From Candidatus Marinacidobacterales bacterium (GTDB lineage Bacteria; Acidobacteriota; Vicinamibacteria; Marinacidobacterales; SMYC01), in the NCBI GenBank assembly GCA_965224085.1, contig CBDCYI010000005.1, forward strand, positions 1,568,001 to 1,632,000: a stretch of DNA of 64,000 nucleotides. Direction: 5' to 3'. Position 1 is the first letter of the stretch; each line of letters begins with the position of its first letter. This document shows, in pieces, positions 52,751 through 62,697 of the stretch. A program made the translations under genes and the position numbers. The notes below the pieces were generated by a model. That model was not told where the DNA came from and ran no database searches. It worked only from the letters and a program-made list of their open reading frames with translations.

Positions 52751-53067
52751 GTGATTTTCCCGATCACCGATTCGAGGCCCTGCCAGAGGCGCACCATCGC
52801 GTCTTTTTCGCTCTTCAAAGCACTCACGCCGAGGGTGGTCACTTTGTAGTAGCGCCGGGAGCGGCCGCCGCGCTTCGGGGTGGGGTCACCCATCCGAGAC
52901 GACAGAAAGCCCTTCGATTCGAGCCGCTCCAGCACCGTATACAAGGCCCCGCGCGCCACGTTTCGCCCAGCTCTCTCTTCGAGCTCTTGGCGAATGCTGA
53001 CCGCGTAGGCCCCGTTTTTGAGTCTGAGGGCGGCCAGAAGTACCATTTGTTCGAATCCACCAATCAT
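52747..53067 (-). CDS. PadR-family transcriptional regulator (acidobacterial type)
   Basis: FEQMVLLA, GALYTVLERLE.KG, RGGRSRRYYKVT..G; adjacent to the ADOP permease. Confidence 0.9.
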   Translation of the reverse strand: MIGGFEQMVLLAALRLKNGAYAVSIRQELEERAGRNVARGALYTVLERLESKGFLSSRMGDPTPKRGGRSRRYYKVTTLGVSALKSEKDAMVRLWQGLESVIGKIT

Positions 53068-53299
53068 AGGAGCCAACCCTACACCTATGACTACGTTGTA
53101 GGCAAAACAAAGGTTCAAGTTCTATTTGGAGGTCCGCCGTGTTCGCGACGAGCATGCATTGCGGTGCGGTATGATCTTCGTGCGATCTATAAAGCGCTCA
53201 AGGAGCGGGAACGCGGTGCGGATGTCGACCGACTCGTCCATGCCCCAAGGTGTCACGCCGTAGTTTCCGAGGAGTGTTTTTCTCGCGACCGACGCCCAA

Positions 53300-53515
53300 G
53301 GCCATAACGTGCGGGAAAGGGTGTGACGTTAAAGTCCGAGCCATCGGCCCACCGGATGCCGCGCTCGAGAAACGTCTTGAATGGATTCAGGCGCGCCGCG
53401 CGCTCGACGCCGAAATTGCCCGCATAGGTGTCGCCGATCCACCACATGAACGTGGCGGACGGCTCAGGGTAGGCTGCGTCGTATTGCTCTTGCGTCCGCG
53501 CCATCTCGTCGAGCG
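53300..53515 (-). pseudogene. Fragment of a metal-dependent amidohydrolase
   Basis: TFMWWIGD...FGVERA..LNPF....GI..A.GSD..VTP. Confidence 0.55.
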
Positions 53516-53517
53516 CG

Positions 53518-54066
53518 TCACCACCACTCTGTTCCCGGGGCACCTTTGAACGGACCGAGGACGTCGGAGGTGGCCCAGCCACCATAGAATCCACCAGGTT
53601 GCGCGTGTACTTGCTCGCCGCCCACGATGCAAGTGAGCCGCGCGGGATAAAACGAGAGAAAGCTTCGAATGGTCTCGAATCCAGCAAGAGGCTCGGGGTA
53701 GCTCCAGCCGACGTTCTCCAAGAACACAGCGTCACCGACGCGGACGGACCAATACTGTGTCTGACCCTTCCACTCGCACCACGAGCTCCCGAGGCCTTTC
53801 TCGACATAGCCCATCTGAATATCTCGCGGCGGGATGTAAAACGCGGGTGGGCTCGCGGTCTCCATCACGCGCACCGCACCGGTGCTCGACGCGATCACTA
53901 TGTCCCGAAAGAGCACGCGCACCTCGCGCTGATCCGCCTCTACCCGCGGTGGCCGTGGGTAGTCCCACACGGATTCCTCTCCGTCCTTCGGTGTCTCGGC
54001 GAACTCGGGACGCACTTGTCCACGGTAGTGCCATTTGTCGCGAGCGCGCTTTGTCGCGTCATCCAT
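53518..54066 (-). CDS. DUF427 domain protein
   Basis: ESVWDYPRPP, ET..PP.FYIP, CEWKG, WSYPEP, GGFYGGW. Confidence 0.88.
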   Translation of the reverse strand: MDDATKRARDKWHYRGQVRPEFAETPKDGEESVWDYPRPPRVEADQREVRVLFRDIVIASSTGAVRVMETASPPAFYIPPRDIQMGYVEKGLGSSWCEWKGQTQYWSVRVGDAVFLENVGWSYPEPLAGFETIRSFLSFYPARLTCIVGGEQVHAQPGGFYGGWATSDVLGPFKGAPGTEWW

Positions 54067-54141
54067 GAGCGCCCTCACAATACATCTTCATGGCGCTTCG
54101 AGGAAACTGTGAGATCATGCGCACCAATTTGGAGGTTCACA

Positions 54142-54872
54142 ATGCGCGTCGTTTGGACGATGGCCGCCGTGGCGTTCTTGACGACTTCGGCGACGGCACA
54201 AGAGACCGATGATGACTGGGATGTCACCCTCGCTCGCGGTGAGACTTATGAGATCGACTTCGAGACCGATGAAGGCACATTCATGTCGGTCGACGTGTCG
54301 CCGGACGGCACCTACCTTGTATTCGATCTGCTGGCGCACATCTACCGGTTGCCGGTCGAAGGTGGCGAGGCCGAGTGTCTGACCGCGGATAGCGGCGTCG
54401 CGCTCAACTTTCATCCACGGATTTCTCCCGACGGAACCACGATCGCGTTCGCTTCCGACCGAGGCGGGCAGAACAATCTCTGGGTGATGGACGCCGACGG
54501 TTCGAATCCCCGCCAAGTGTTCAAGGATCTGAACGTCCGCGTCTTCGAGCCTGCCTGGATGCCTGACAGTGATTACATTGTCGTGCGGCGACAAAACCTC
54601 GAAAGGCCGCGCACGAGCGGGATCTGGATGTATCACCGTGAGGGCGGAAGCGGCATCGAGCTCGTCGACAAGGACGTGCGCCGCGCCTCGTGGCCGTCGA
54701 TCTCGTCCGACGGCCGCGACCTCTACTACCAGTTCGCGCCCGGCCCGGAGCGGGACCTCATCCGTGGCGCGCTCCAGCTCAACCGGCTCGACCTCGAGAC
54801 AGGCGACGTTTTCGAGGTCAGTGCCGGCGTCGCGCAGCAGCAATATCAAGGCTCGAGCGGCGGCGCTATCGC
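54142..54872 (+). pseudogene. Secreted TolB/PD40 beta-propeller protein, 3'-truncated
   Basis: Signal peptide, DVSPDG, PRISPDG..IAF.SDR.G..NLW; runs into the opposite-strand acyl-CoA dehydrogenase. Confidence 0.75.
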
Positions 54873-55889
54873 AACTTGCCTTGGATCATCTCGAATTCGG
54901 AGATGGAGCGGCCGAACGCCTCCCGAACGCCGAGCGAATCCAAGAGACTCCTTCAAGAGCACTTTCGCTCCGCCCACGCAGCCGGCCGCGAGTCCGAGGC
55001 GGCCTTCGTTCAAGACCTCGACCGCGACTTTGAACCCACCGCCCACGTCGCCGAGCACGTTCTCGACGGGGACGCGCACCGCGTTCATAGTTACCGTCGT
55101 CGTCGAGGAAGCGCGGAGTCCCAGCTTGTCCTCCGCCGGGCCCGTCGAAGCGCCGGCCATGTCCCGGGTCACGAGGAAAGCCGTGATCTGATTTCTTTCC
55201 TTGCCCCCCACGGTGACCACTCCGGTTCGGGCGAAAACGGTGAAGACGTCCGCGAAGCCGCCATTCGTGATCCAGATCTTGGTGCCGTTGAGCACGTAGT
55301 GCTTCCCGTCCTCGGTGAGCTCGGCGGTCGTGCTCAGATTGTTGGCGTCGGAGCCAGCCCCGGACTCGGTCAGCGCGAAGGCGGCGAAGCGCTCGCCGGA
55401 CGCGAGCGACGGCAGAAACCGCGCTTTCTGTTCCCGCGTTCCGAACATGAGAAGCGCCTTGATGCCGATTGAGAGATGCGCACCGATCGTCGCAACGGTT
55501 GAAGGATCGACGCCCGCGACGCGCTCCATGATCTGGCAGTAGGACCACACCGTCAGCCCGAGCCCTCCATACTCCTCAGGAACGACGAGTCCGAAAAGAC
55601 CCAGCTCCGCCAGGCCGTCGAGCACCTCTCTCGGGTAGTGCGCTTCGCGATCGAACCGCTCCGCGTCGATGTGCTCCGCGGCAAAACGGGTGAAGCTGTC
55701 GGTGATCGTCTCGACGATCTCCGCATCTTGGGACGGGGTTCTCGGGTAGGGCAGGATCCGCTCGGAGTCGATAGCACCGACAAACGCGGATTTGATGAAG
55801 CTTCGCTCGGTAGGGCTTTCCTCGGATTTGGCCTCGGATTTGGCCTCGGACTCGGCGTCGGGCCGGTCGTTCTTGGTTGGGTTTGGCAT
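54873..55889 (-). pseudogene. Acyl-CoA dehydrogenase, 3'-frameshifted and truncated
   Basis: PEEYGG, FALTESGAGSD, NGTKIWITNG, KLGLRAS, LNEGR; C-terminal domain lost. Confidence 0.85.
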
Positions 55890-55954
55890 TGTCTGAAGAT
55901 AGGGCCGCCCCGAAGTCCTGGAGCGTCTTTAGAGCATCAAGGAGCCAAAACGCC

Positions 55955-56755
55955 CTAACGCGGCTTCAAGCTCGGCATCTCCCGCTTCTCATAGCCGGCC
56001 GGCACCTCGAAGAGGCGCGGGTCGAGCGCGCCGTGCGACACGGTCGAGACGACTTGCTCGGACGACACTTTGCCGCTGTCGTCGAGGTGGCGGACGCGCA
56101 CAGGCATGCCGTCGGGCATGTCGTCTTGGAACATTCCTGAATTGCCGAAGCGCTCGACCATGGACTGCATCGAGCTCTGCATCGCTTTCATGGTCGCGGT
56201 GTCGCTCGAGTCCATACCCATCGCTCCGCCAGAAGCGAGACAAACCTCACGAACTTTCTTGGCGCCTTCGAAAGCGTCGTACCAGCGGCAATCGATGCCG
56301 GCCGCAGAGCCGCTATCACCGCGGGCTTCGTAGCGGGTCGGTTCCTTTTCCTGCATTTGCGACATCGGCTGTCCCATCTTGCTCATCATGGCCTTCATTT
56401 GCTCGCGCTGGGCCTCCGGCATCTGCGCCATCCGCTCTTCGAGCTGCGCCATCATTTGCTTCTGCATCTCCGAGGCTTGACCCATCATCTCGCCCGCCGT
56501 TTCGGGGTCGAAAATCATGTAGGACTTCTGGTCGTTCTCGATCGCGTAGAACGTGTTTTCGCTCTGGTGGAACAAAACAACGGTGTCTCCCGCCCGCGAC
56601 GGCTCCATCCGAACTTTCCCTGTGGTGATCATGACGGCCTGCGACTCGGCGGGCTTGCCGGGTTCGGCGTGCTGGATTTCCAGTTTGGTGTCGGCGAGCG
56701 CCGCCACCGAGACGCCGAAGCACATAGCCGCGGCACGCATCACGTTCTTCAACAC
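55955..56755 (-). CDS. Secreted DUF4412-like protein
   Basis: Signal peptide, Met/Gln-rich helix, G..C..Y motif, C-terminal FEVPAGY. Confidence 0.7.
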   Translation of the reverse strand: MLKNVMRAAAMCFGVSVAALADTKLEIQHAEPGKPAESQAVMITTGKVRMEPSRAGDTVVLFHQSENTFYAIENDQKSYMIFDPETAGEMMGQASEMQKQMMAQLEERMAQMPEAQREQMKAMMSKMGQPMSQMQEKEPTRYEARGDSGSAAGIDCRWYDAFEGAKKVREVCLASGGAMGMDSSDTATMKAMQSSMQSMVERFGNSGMFQDDMPDGMPVRVRHLDDSGKVSSEQVVSTVSHGALDPRLFEVPAGYEKREMPSLKPR

Positions 56756-56898
56756 GGTAATGTCCCCTTTCGGAAATGCCCGAGGTTCAGTTGGTGCAGT
56801 GTCGTCTATTGTCTCTGTTTTTCTCCGAAACGCAAGCCCCGCGCTGGAACGGCGTCCGCGCGAGCGCGCAACGCCTGTTGGACATCACGGCCCCGACA

Positions 56899-56937
56899 GT
56901 TGACTAATTATGCATATTGATCTAATATTTATGCATG
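56899..56937 (+). promoter_or_regulatory. Tandem ARG boxes overlapping a sigma70 promoter
   Basis: GTTGACTAATTATGCATA, 3-bp spacer, ATCTAATATTTATGCATG; -35 TTGACT (56900), 17-bp spacer, -10 TAATAT (56923). Confidence 0.8.
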
Positions 56938-57010
56938 AAAGGGATGTCATGAGACACGTGGGCGCGGACGAGATTGCCTCTGTCGCCCAGAGCTGCGGGC
57001 TGGCGGGCCC

Positions 57011-58093
57011 ATGAGTCGAGGGATCGACACTATCTTGCTCGGTGGCTCCGGCTACGTCGCCGGAGAGCTCTTGCGTCTCATCCACGCGCATCCCGATCTC
57101 GAGCTCAAAGCCGCCATCTCGGGAAGTCAGGTGGACCAGACGCTCGAGAGCGTGTTCCCGCATCTTCACGCGAGCTTCGATGGTCATCGTTTTCAACCGG
57201 TAGAATCCATCCCGCGGCTCATCGAAGAAGCTAGTGGTCGGGTGGCCGTATTTTCCGCCGCCGCGCACGGAGCTTCGGCCGCGCTCGTGAACGACGTTTT
57301 TCAGGCGGCGAAGGACCCTGCCGCAGTACATGTCGTCGATATGTCTGCGGACTTCCGCTACGCGAGCGCCAAAGCCTATGAAGCTGTCTACGGTCACCCG
57401 CACGGCGCTCCCGACCTATTGTCGTTGTTCACCTGCGCGCTTCCCGAGCATCCCCCCGAGCATCCCCCCGAGCATCCTAACGACACGCCGCGTCATGTCG
57501 GGCATCCCGGCTGCTTCGCGACGGCGCTTCTTCTTGCGATCGTGCCGCTCTTGAAGCTCGGCGTGGTGGAGCCCGATCTCTACGCGGTGGGCATCACGGG
57601 AAGCACGGGCTCCGGAGGCTCGCCGAAATCGACGACGCACCATCCGTTTCGCCACAGCAACCTCTTTGCCTATAAACCGCTCGCGCACCGTCACGTTCCC
57701 GAAGTCACGGTGCTCTCCGAGCGCGCCTCGGGCATACGACCTGCGGTTCATTTCGTCCCGCATTCCGGGCCGTTCGCGCGCGGCATCCACGTTACCGTGC
57801 AAGGCACGCTGCGCACCGAGCTCACCGGGGCCGAGATCGCGGCCGAGCTCAACGCGTTCTATGCGGAGGCACCCTTCGTGCGCGTCGTCGACCGAACGCC
57901 GCGCGTGAAAGATATCGTCGGTAGCAATTACGCGCAGCTCGGCGTCGCCTCCGACGGCGAGACCGTCGCTGTGATGTCCGTCATTGACAATCTCACCAAA
58001 GGGGCCGCGGGCGGCGCGGTGCAGTGGATGAACCGACTTCTCGGACTTCCGGAAACGACCGGACTCACTATCACGGGCGCCGGCTGGGTCTAG
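57011..58093 (+). CDS. argC: N-acetyl-gamma-glutamyl-phosphate reductase
   Basis: GGSGYVAGEL, DMSADFR, PGCFAT, HRHVPE, DNLTKGAAG. Confidence 0.95.
   Translation: MSRGIDTILLGGSGYVAGELLRLIHAHPDLELKAAISGSQVDQTLESVFPHLHASFDGHRFQPVESIPRLIEEASGRVAVFSAAAHGASAALVNDVFQAAKDPAAVHVVDMSADFRYASAKAYEAVYGHPHGAPDLLSLFTCALPEHPPEHPPEHPNDTPRHVGHPGCFATALLLAIVPLLKLGVVEPDLYAVGITGSTGSGGSPKSTTHHPFRHSNLFAYKPLAHRHVPEVTVLSERASGIRPAVHFVPHSGPFARGIHVTVQGTLRTELTGAEIAAELNAFYAEAPFVRVVDRTPRVKDIVGSNYAQLGVASDGETVAVMSVIDNLTKGAAGGAVQWMNRLLGLPETTGLTITGAGWV
57443..57478 (+). repeat. In-frame 12-bp tandem repeat x3 (PEHP) inside argC
   Basis: CCCGAGCATCCC CCCGAGCATCCC CCCGAGCATCCT. Confidence 0.9.
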
Positions 58094-58095
58094 GC

Positions 58096-59241
58096 ATGCC
58101 CGCGGCTACGTCACCCCTATTCGACGTTTATGCGCAGCTGCCCTTAGAGCCGGTCTCCGCCGAGGGCGTGCACCTTCGCACCGCCGCGGGCCGAAAAATT
58201 CTCGACCTTTACGGAGGCCATGCCGTTGCGTGTCTCGGCTTCGGCCATCCTCGCGTCGTCGAGACGCTGGCGCGGCAAGCGAAAGAGCTGACGTTCCAGA
58301 CGAACGCCGTGCCGCTCGAAGTGCGTGAGCGCGCCGCGGCGCGTCTTTTGTCGTTTGCGCCCGAAGGCTTCGAGCGTGTCTTCTTCGTCAACAGTGGCGC
58401 CGAGGCGAACGAGAACGCGCTCCGTCTCGCGTTCATCGGCTCTAATCGCCAGAAAGTCGTTGCCGTCGAGCACGGGTTCCATGGGCGAAGCTCCGCGGCC
58501 GCGGCGGTGAGCTGGGGCGCACGCGAGAAGTGGTACGCCTTCCCGCAAGCGCCGTTCGCGGTGCGTTTCGTCCCGCGTAACGACGCCACGGCTCTAGCGC
58601 GCGCCATCGACGCCGACACGGCCGCCGTGATTGTCGAGCCTGTGCAGGGCATGGCCGGTGCTTTCGAATTCGAGCCTCGCTTTCTGACGGCGATGCGCGA
58701 GGCGTGCACCGCGACGGGAGCGCTTCTCATCTTCGACGAAGTACAGTGCGGCGTCGGCCGCACGGGTTTTGCCTTCGCCGCAGAGCGCTCTGACGTGCTC
58801 CCTGACATTCTGACGACCGCCAAGTCCCTCGCGGCAGGATTTCCAGTCGGCGCGGTGATAGCGACCGAGGCGGCAGCGAGTCGTGCTGGACGCGGCAGCT
58901 TGGGCACGACTTTCGGCGGCGGGCCGATGGCCTGTGCGCTCGTCGAGACGGTCATCGACACGATCGAGACCGAGAAGCTTCTCGACAACGTCCAGACGCT
59001 CTCGGAACGGATCCGCTCGACCTGCCGCGTTGGTCCGGTAAAGCGCATCCGTGGTGCGGGTTTTCTCCTGGGTCTCGAATGCGAACGGCCCGCCGCCGAA
59101 GTGCGCGACGCGCTTCTCGCTCGGGACATTCTCGTTGGCACGAGCACGGATCCTGCCGGAAACGTCGTGCGCTTGATGCCGCCTCTGACGCTCGAAGCCG
59201 AGCACGTCGCCGCTCTCGCGGGCGCTCTCGCGGAGCTCTAG
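58096..59241 (+). CDS. argD: Acetylornithine aminotransferase
   Basis: NSGAEANE, FHGR, EPVQG, DEVQCG.GRTG, AKSLAAG, TFGGGP. Confidence 0.92.
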   Translation: MPAATSPLFDVYAQLPLEPVSAEGVHLRTAAGRKILDLYGGHAVACLGFGHPRVVETLARQAKELTFQTNAVPLEVRERAAARLLSFAPEGFERVFFVNSGAEANENALRLAFIGSNRQKVVAVEHGFHGRSSAAAAVSWGAREKWYAFPQAPFAVRFVPRNDATALARAIDADTAAVIVEPVQGMAGAFEFEPRFLTAMREACTATGALLIFDEVQCGVGRTGFAFAAERSDVLPDILTTAKSLAAGFPVGAVIATEAAASRAGRGSLGTTFGGGPMACALVETVIDTIETEKLLDNVQTLSERIRSTCRVGPVKRIRGAGFLLGLECERPAAEVRDALLARDILVGTSTDPAGNVVRLMPPLTLEAEHVAALAGALAEL

Positions 59242-59245
59242 ATTG

Positions 59246-60259
59246 ATGGACGGCTTCAACGACCTCGGCGACTTCCCTGCCGTGGCCATCGATGAGCTTC
59301 TCGCCCTCGCGAAACGACTCGAAACCCACCCCGAGCCCCGCGCGCTCGAAGGCAAAGTCTTGGCGCTGTTGTTCCTGAGCCCGTCTCTTCGGACGCAGAC
59401 GTCGTTTCAAGCTGCGATGGCGCGCCTCGGCGGGAGCTCTTTCATCGTCTCACCCGACCGCGGTATCCACGGCTTGGAGATGCGATCGGGCGTCGTAATG
59501 GATGGCGACGCCGCCGAGCACATCCGTGACGCGCTCCCCGTGCTCGCCTCTTACGGTGATGCCTTCGGCATCCGCGCTTTCGCGAGCAAAGCATCGCTCG
59601 AGGCCGATATCGAAGATCGCGACTTCGAAATGTTTCGTAAGCTCTCAACGGTTCCCGTCATTAATATGGAGTCCGCCATCCGGCATCCGTGCCAGAGCCT
59701 CGCAGACTGGAAGACGATGGACGAGATCGGTGTGCCCCGTGCGGGCGGCAAGTTCGTGCTCAGCTGGGCCAACCATCCCAAAGCGCTCCCGCTCGCCGTA
59801 CCCGCGTCCACCGCGCACATGGCGGCGATGCGGGGTATGGACGTCACCGTGCTGCGGCCGGAAGGCTTCGCCCTCCCGGATGCCGTCATGGCTCGCGCGC
59901 GCACTGCCGCGAACGCGAGCGGCGGATCCGTGCGGGAGAGCGATGTCCCCCGCGAGGCGCTCTCGGGAGCCCACGTCGTCTACGCCAAAGCTTGGTCGTC
60001 AGCCTTGACCTACGTGGACGCGGAGGCGGAAGCGGAGCTCAAGAAAGATCTGAAAAGCTGGTGCGTCGATGAGCTCTGGTTCAACGGGGCCGAGGCCGAC
60101 TGCCGCTTCATGCACTGCCTTCCGGTCCGGCGCGGCGTCGTCGTCACCGAAAAAGTGCTCGAAGGGCCGCGCAGCGTCGTCATCCAACAGGCCGGCAATC
60201 GGATGCGCGTCCAGATGGCCGTGCTCCACGAAATCCTCGCCGGACAGGAGGCCACGTGA
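59246..60259 (+). CDS. argF: N-acetylornithine carbamoyltransferase (ArgF'-type)
   Basis: SLRT, EHIRD, MESAIRHPCQ, HPKALP, HCLPVRRG. Confidence 0.85.
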   Translation: MDGFNDLGDFPAVAIDELLALAKRLETHPEPRALEGKVLALLFLSPSLRTQTSFQAAMARLGGSSFIVSPDRGIHGLEMRSGVVMDGDAAEHIRDALPVLASYGDAFGIRAFASKASLEADIEDRDFEMFRKLSTVPVINMESAIRHPCQSLADWKTMDEIGVPRAGGKFVLSWANHPKALPLAVPASTAHMAAMRGMDVTVLRPEGFALPDAVMARARTAANASGGSVRESDVPREALSGAHVVYAKAWSSALTYVDAEAEAELKKDLKSWCVDELWFNGAEADCRFMHCLPVRRGVVVTEKVLEGPRSVVIQQAGNRMRVQMAVLHEILAGQEAT

Positions 60260-61218
60260 AGAATGTGAAATCTGCGACGGAGCGGGCCATCGTCGTCACG
60301 GCGCTCAAGCAAGCGACGCCCTATATCCGCATGTACAAAGGAAAGACCTTCGTCCTCAAAGCCGGCGGCGCGATCTTCGCGAGCCACGCGCCGACGCGGG
60401 CTTTCATCGAGCAAGTCGCGCTCTTGCACCAGCTCGGCGTGCGCCTCGTGTTTGTGCACGGAGGCGGCCCGCAATCGACCGAGCTCGGCAAAGCGCTCGG
60501 CCTCGACACCCAGATAGTGGACGGCCGCCGCGTCACTGACGAGCAGTCGCTCGAAGTGATGACGATGGTCTTGAACGGGCTCATCAATACGCGCGTTCTC
60601 GCAGCTTGCCGCGATCTGGACGTGCCCGCGGTCGGTGTCAGCGGCGTCGATGCCGGGCTCATCCGCGCGTCAAAGCGGCCTCCCGTGGTGATGAACGAAA
60701 GAGATGCGCCCGTCGACTTCGGTTTCGTCGGCGATATCCAAAACGTCGATGTCGACGTGCTCGAAAAGCAGATCGACCTCGGCTTTCTGCCTGTCGTGAG
60801 CCCGCTTTCCGCGGACAGCTCGGGAACGCTCCTCAACATCAACGCCGACACGGTGGCTGCGGCGATCGCAGTGGGCTTGAAGGCAGAGAAGCTCGTCCTT
60901 GCGACGGGGGCCCCCGGTATCCTCGAAGACGCCAAGGACCCCGACTCGCTCGTCTCCTATCTCGACCTCGCCGGCTTGAGGCGAATGCGCGACAACGGCA
61001 GTCTCTCGGAAGGCATGATGCCGAAAGCGAGCGCTATCGAGTCTGCGCTCGAAGGCGGTGTCAACCGCGTGCACATCATCTCATTCAACGAGCCCGACAG
61101 CTTGCTACTCGAAGTCTTCACGAACGAGGGCAGGGGCACGATGGTGGTCGATCGTACGGAAAGCCTCAAACCGGAAGAGCGCGTGACACTGAGTCGTTAT
61201 AGCGAGCGAACGCGCTGA
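60256..61218 (+). CDS. argB: Acetylglutamate kinase
   Basis: KAGG, VHGGGPQ, GRRVTD, NINADT, GMMPK. Confidence 0.93.
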   Translation: MKNVKSATERAIVVTALKQATPYIRMYKGKTFVLKAGGAIFASHAPTRAFIEQVALLHQLGVRLVFVHGGGPQSTELGKALGLDTQIVDGRRVTDEQSLEVMTMVLNGLINTRVLAACRDLDVPAVGVSGVDAGLIRASKRPPVVMNERDAPVDFGFVGDIQNVDVDVLEKQIDLGFLPVVSPLSADSSGTLLNINADTVAAAIAVGLKAEKLVLATGAPGILEDAKDPDSLVSYLDLAGLRRMRDNGSLSEGMMPKASAIESALEGGVNRVHIISFNEPDSLLLEVFTNEGRGTMVVDRTESLKPEERVTLSRYSERTR

Positions 61219-61288
61219 TAGAGCGCTCTACCGTTCGCGATTCGTGAACGGTGTTCTCAAGACGGGCTCTGGCTTTCGGACGGTTTGG

Positions 61289-62375
61289 TGCCTTGGTGCA
61301 CAACTCGCGATCTAGGTCCACAATTGTCCTGTACTCGCGGATACGAGGTTCCCCATGAGCATTTTCAAACGCACTCAGCGGAAGTATGTGAAGAAGGCCT
61401 ATCGCGTGAGGAATTGGCGTGAATATGAGGCGGGTCTACGCAACCGCGGGAGCCTGACCGTCTGGATCTCGCTCACCGCCGGCAAGCTTGTGAACTGGGA
61501 CGCGCCCCGGCCAAGGAGGAGGAAACCGGGCCGTCAACGCAAGTACTCGAACCACGCCATCGAGACGGCTGTCACCCTGGGCATGGTGTTTCATCTGTCG
61601 TCTAGGCAGAGCGAGGGATTGCTGCGATCGTTGTTCGCTCTGATGAAGCTAGACAATGATGTGCCCGATCACACCACGATCTCGAGGCGCAAGGCGAAGC
61701 TGGGTAAGGTCCCCTTCTACCAAGACAAGCAGAAGACGCCGTTGCACATCTTGATCGACAGCAGCGGTCTCGCTGTCCACGCCGGCCAGCTGCGCAGAGC
61801 ACCAAATAGCAGGGACTATCGCAAGCTCCATCTGTGTGTCGACGAGCAGAGTGGCGAAGTCGTCGCCGGCGAGCTGACGAGCAAAAGAGCCCGCGATTCA
61901 TCGCGGGTTGCATCGCTTGTCGGACAGAGCGACAGTCCCATCTCATCGGCCAGAGCTGACACCGCATACGACGCCAGCGGCGTCTATGAGGCAATCGAGA
62001 ATCACAGCGCTCATCGCTCGCCGAGGGTGCTGATACCGCCGCGCAAGGGCGCCCAGCTCGCATCGGGGCCGGCGAGCAGCCGACAGCGCAATCGCAACAT
62101 TGCAGCACAAGCTCGGCTCGGCAAACGAAAGTGGCACACAGAATCGGGCTACAGCAAACGGAGCAAAGTCGAGACAACGTTCCATCGCTACAAGGCTATC
62201 GTGGGCTCAGCGATGCGAGCGAGAGGGTTGGCGGCACAGAGAGTCGAGGCAAGGATCGGGTGCAAGATTCTCCACACCATGACGGCGCTCGGGATGCCTG
62301 ATAGCGAGATGATCGGATGATGGGAGCCGGGGCCAAGCGAGTTCTCGGCCTCTATCGGAGTTGTGCACCAAGGCA
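61289..62375 (+). mobile_element. IS5-family (IS903-group-like) insertion sequence
   Basis: Perfect terminal inverted repeats TGCCTTGGTGCACAACTC / GAGTTGTGCACCAAGGCA; no target-site duplication visible. Confidence 0.88.
61355..62320 (+). CDS. IS5-family DDE transposase
   Basis: NWREYEAGLRNRGSLT, PDHTTISRR, IDSSG, KLHL, ADTAYD, GYSKRSKVET. Confidence 0.93.
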   Translation: MSIFKRTQRKYVKKAYRVRNWREYEAGLRNRGSLTVWISLTAGKLVNWDAPRPRRRKPGRQRKYSNHAIETAVTLGMVFHLSSRQSEGLLRSLFALMKLDNDVPDHTTISRRKAKLGKVPFYQDKQKTPLHILIDSSGLAVHAGQLRRAPNSRDYRKLHLCVDEQSGEVVAGELTSKRARDSSRVASLVGQSDSPISSARADTAYDASGVYEAIENHSAHRSPRVLIPPRKGAQLASGPASSRQRNRNIAAQARLGKRKWHTESGYSKRSKVETTFHRYKAIVGSAMRARGLAAQRVEARIGCKILHTMTALGMPDSEMIG

Positions 62376-62697
62376 CCTCCTCGCCGCTCAAGATATCGGG
62401 TAACGTGCGAGGTTTCTTGGGCCAAGGAATCTTCGCCACCTCCTCCGGGCGGTTGAGTGTGGTTGCGTAGAGAAACTTGAGAGAGGCGACGTACATGTGG
62501 TGGCTGGCCGGAGAGGCCTTCTTCTCGTTAACGAGATGAATCAGATAATCGCGGGTCTCCGGCTCGCCCATCTCGGCGGGTGAGCGCATGTAATGTGCCG
62601 CGAAATGGCGCGCTCGCAGCAGATACTCCTCCTGCGTGGAGCGTGCGAACCCCTTCAGTTTCATGTCGGCAAGCATTTTTTCGCTAAGGCATCCCAT
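62375..62697 (-). pseudogene. Tyrosine recombinase, 5' third only, cut by IS5
   Basis: Matches 27053..27913 up to LSGEEV except one K/E change. Confidence 0.9.

Noticed and set aside
53599-55191. 530-aa ORF as a novel fusion protein
   Set aside because: It is a truncated beta-propeller gene flanked by antisense read-through of the DUF427 and acyl-CoA dehydrogenase genes.
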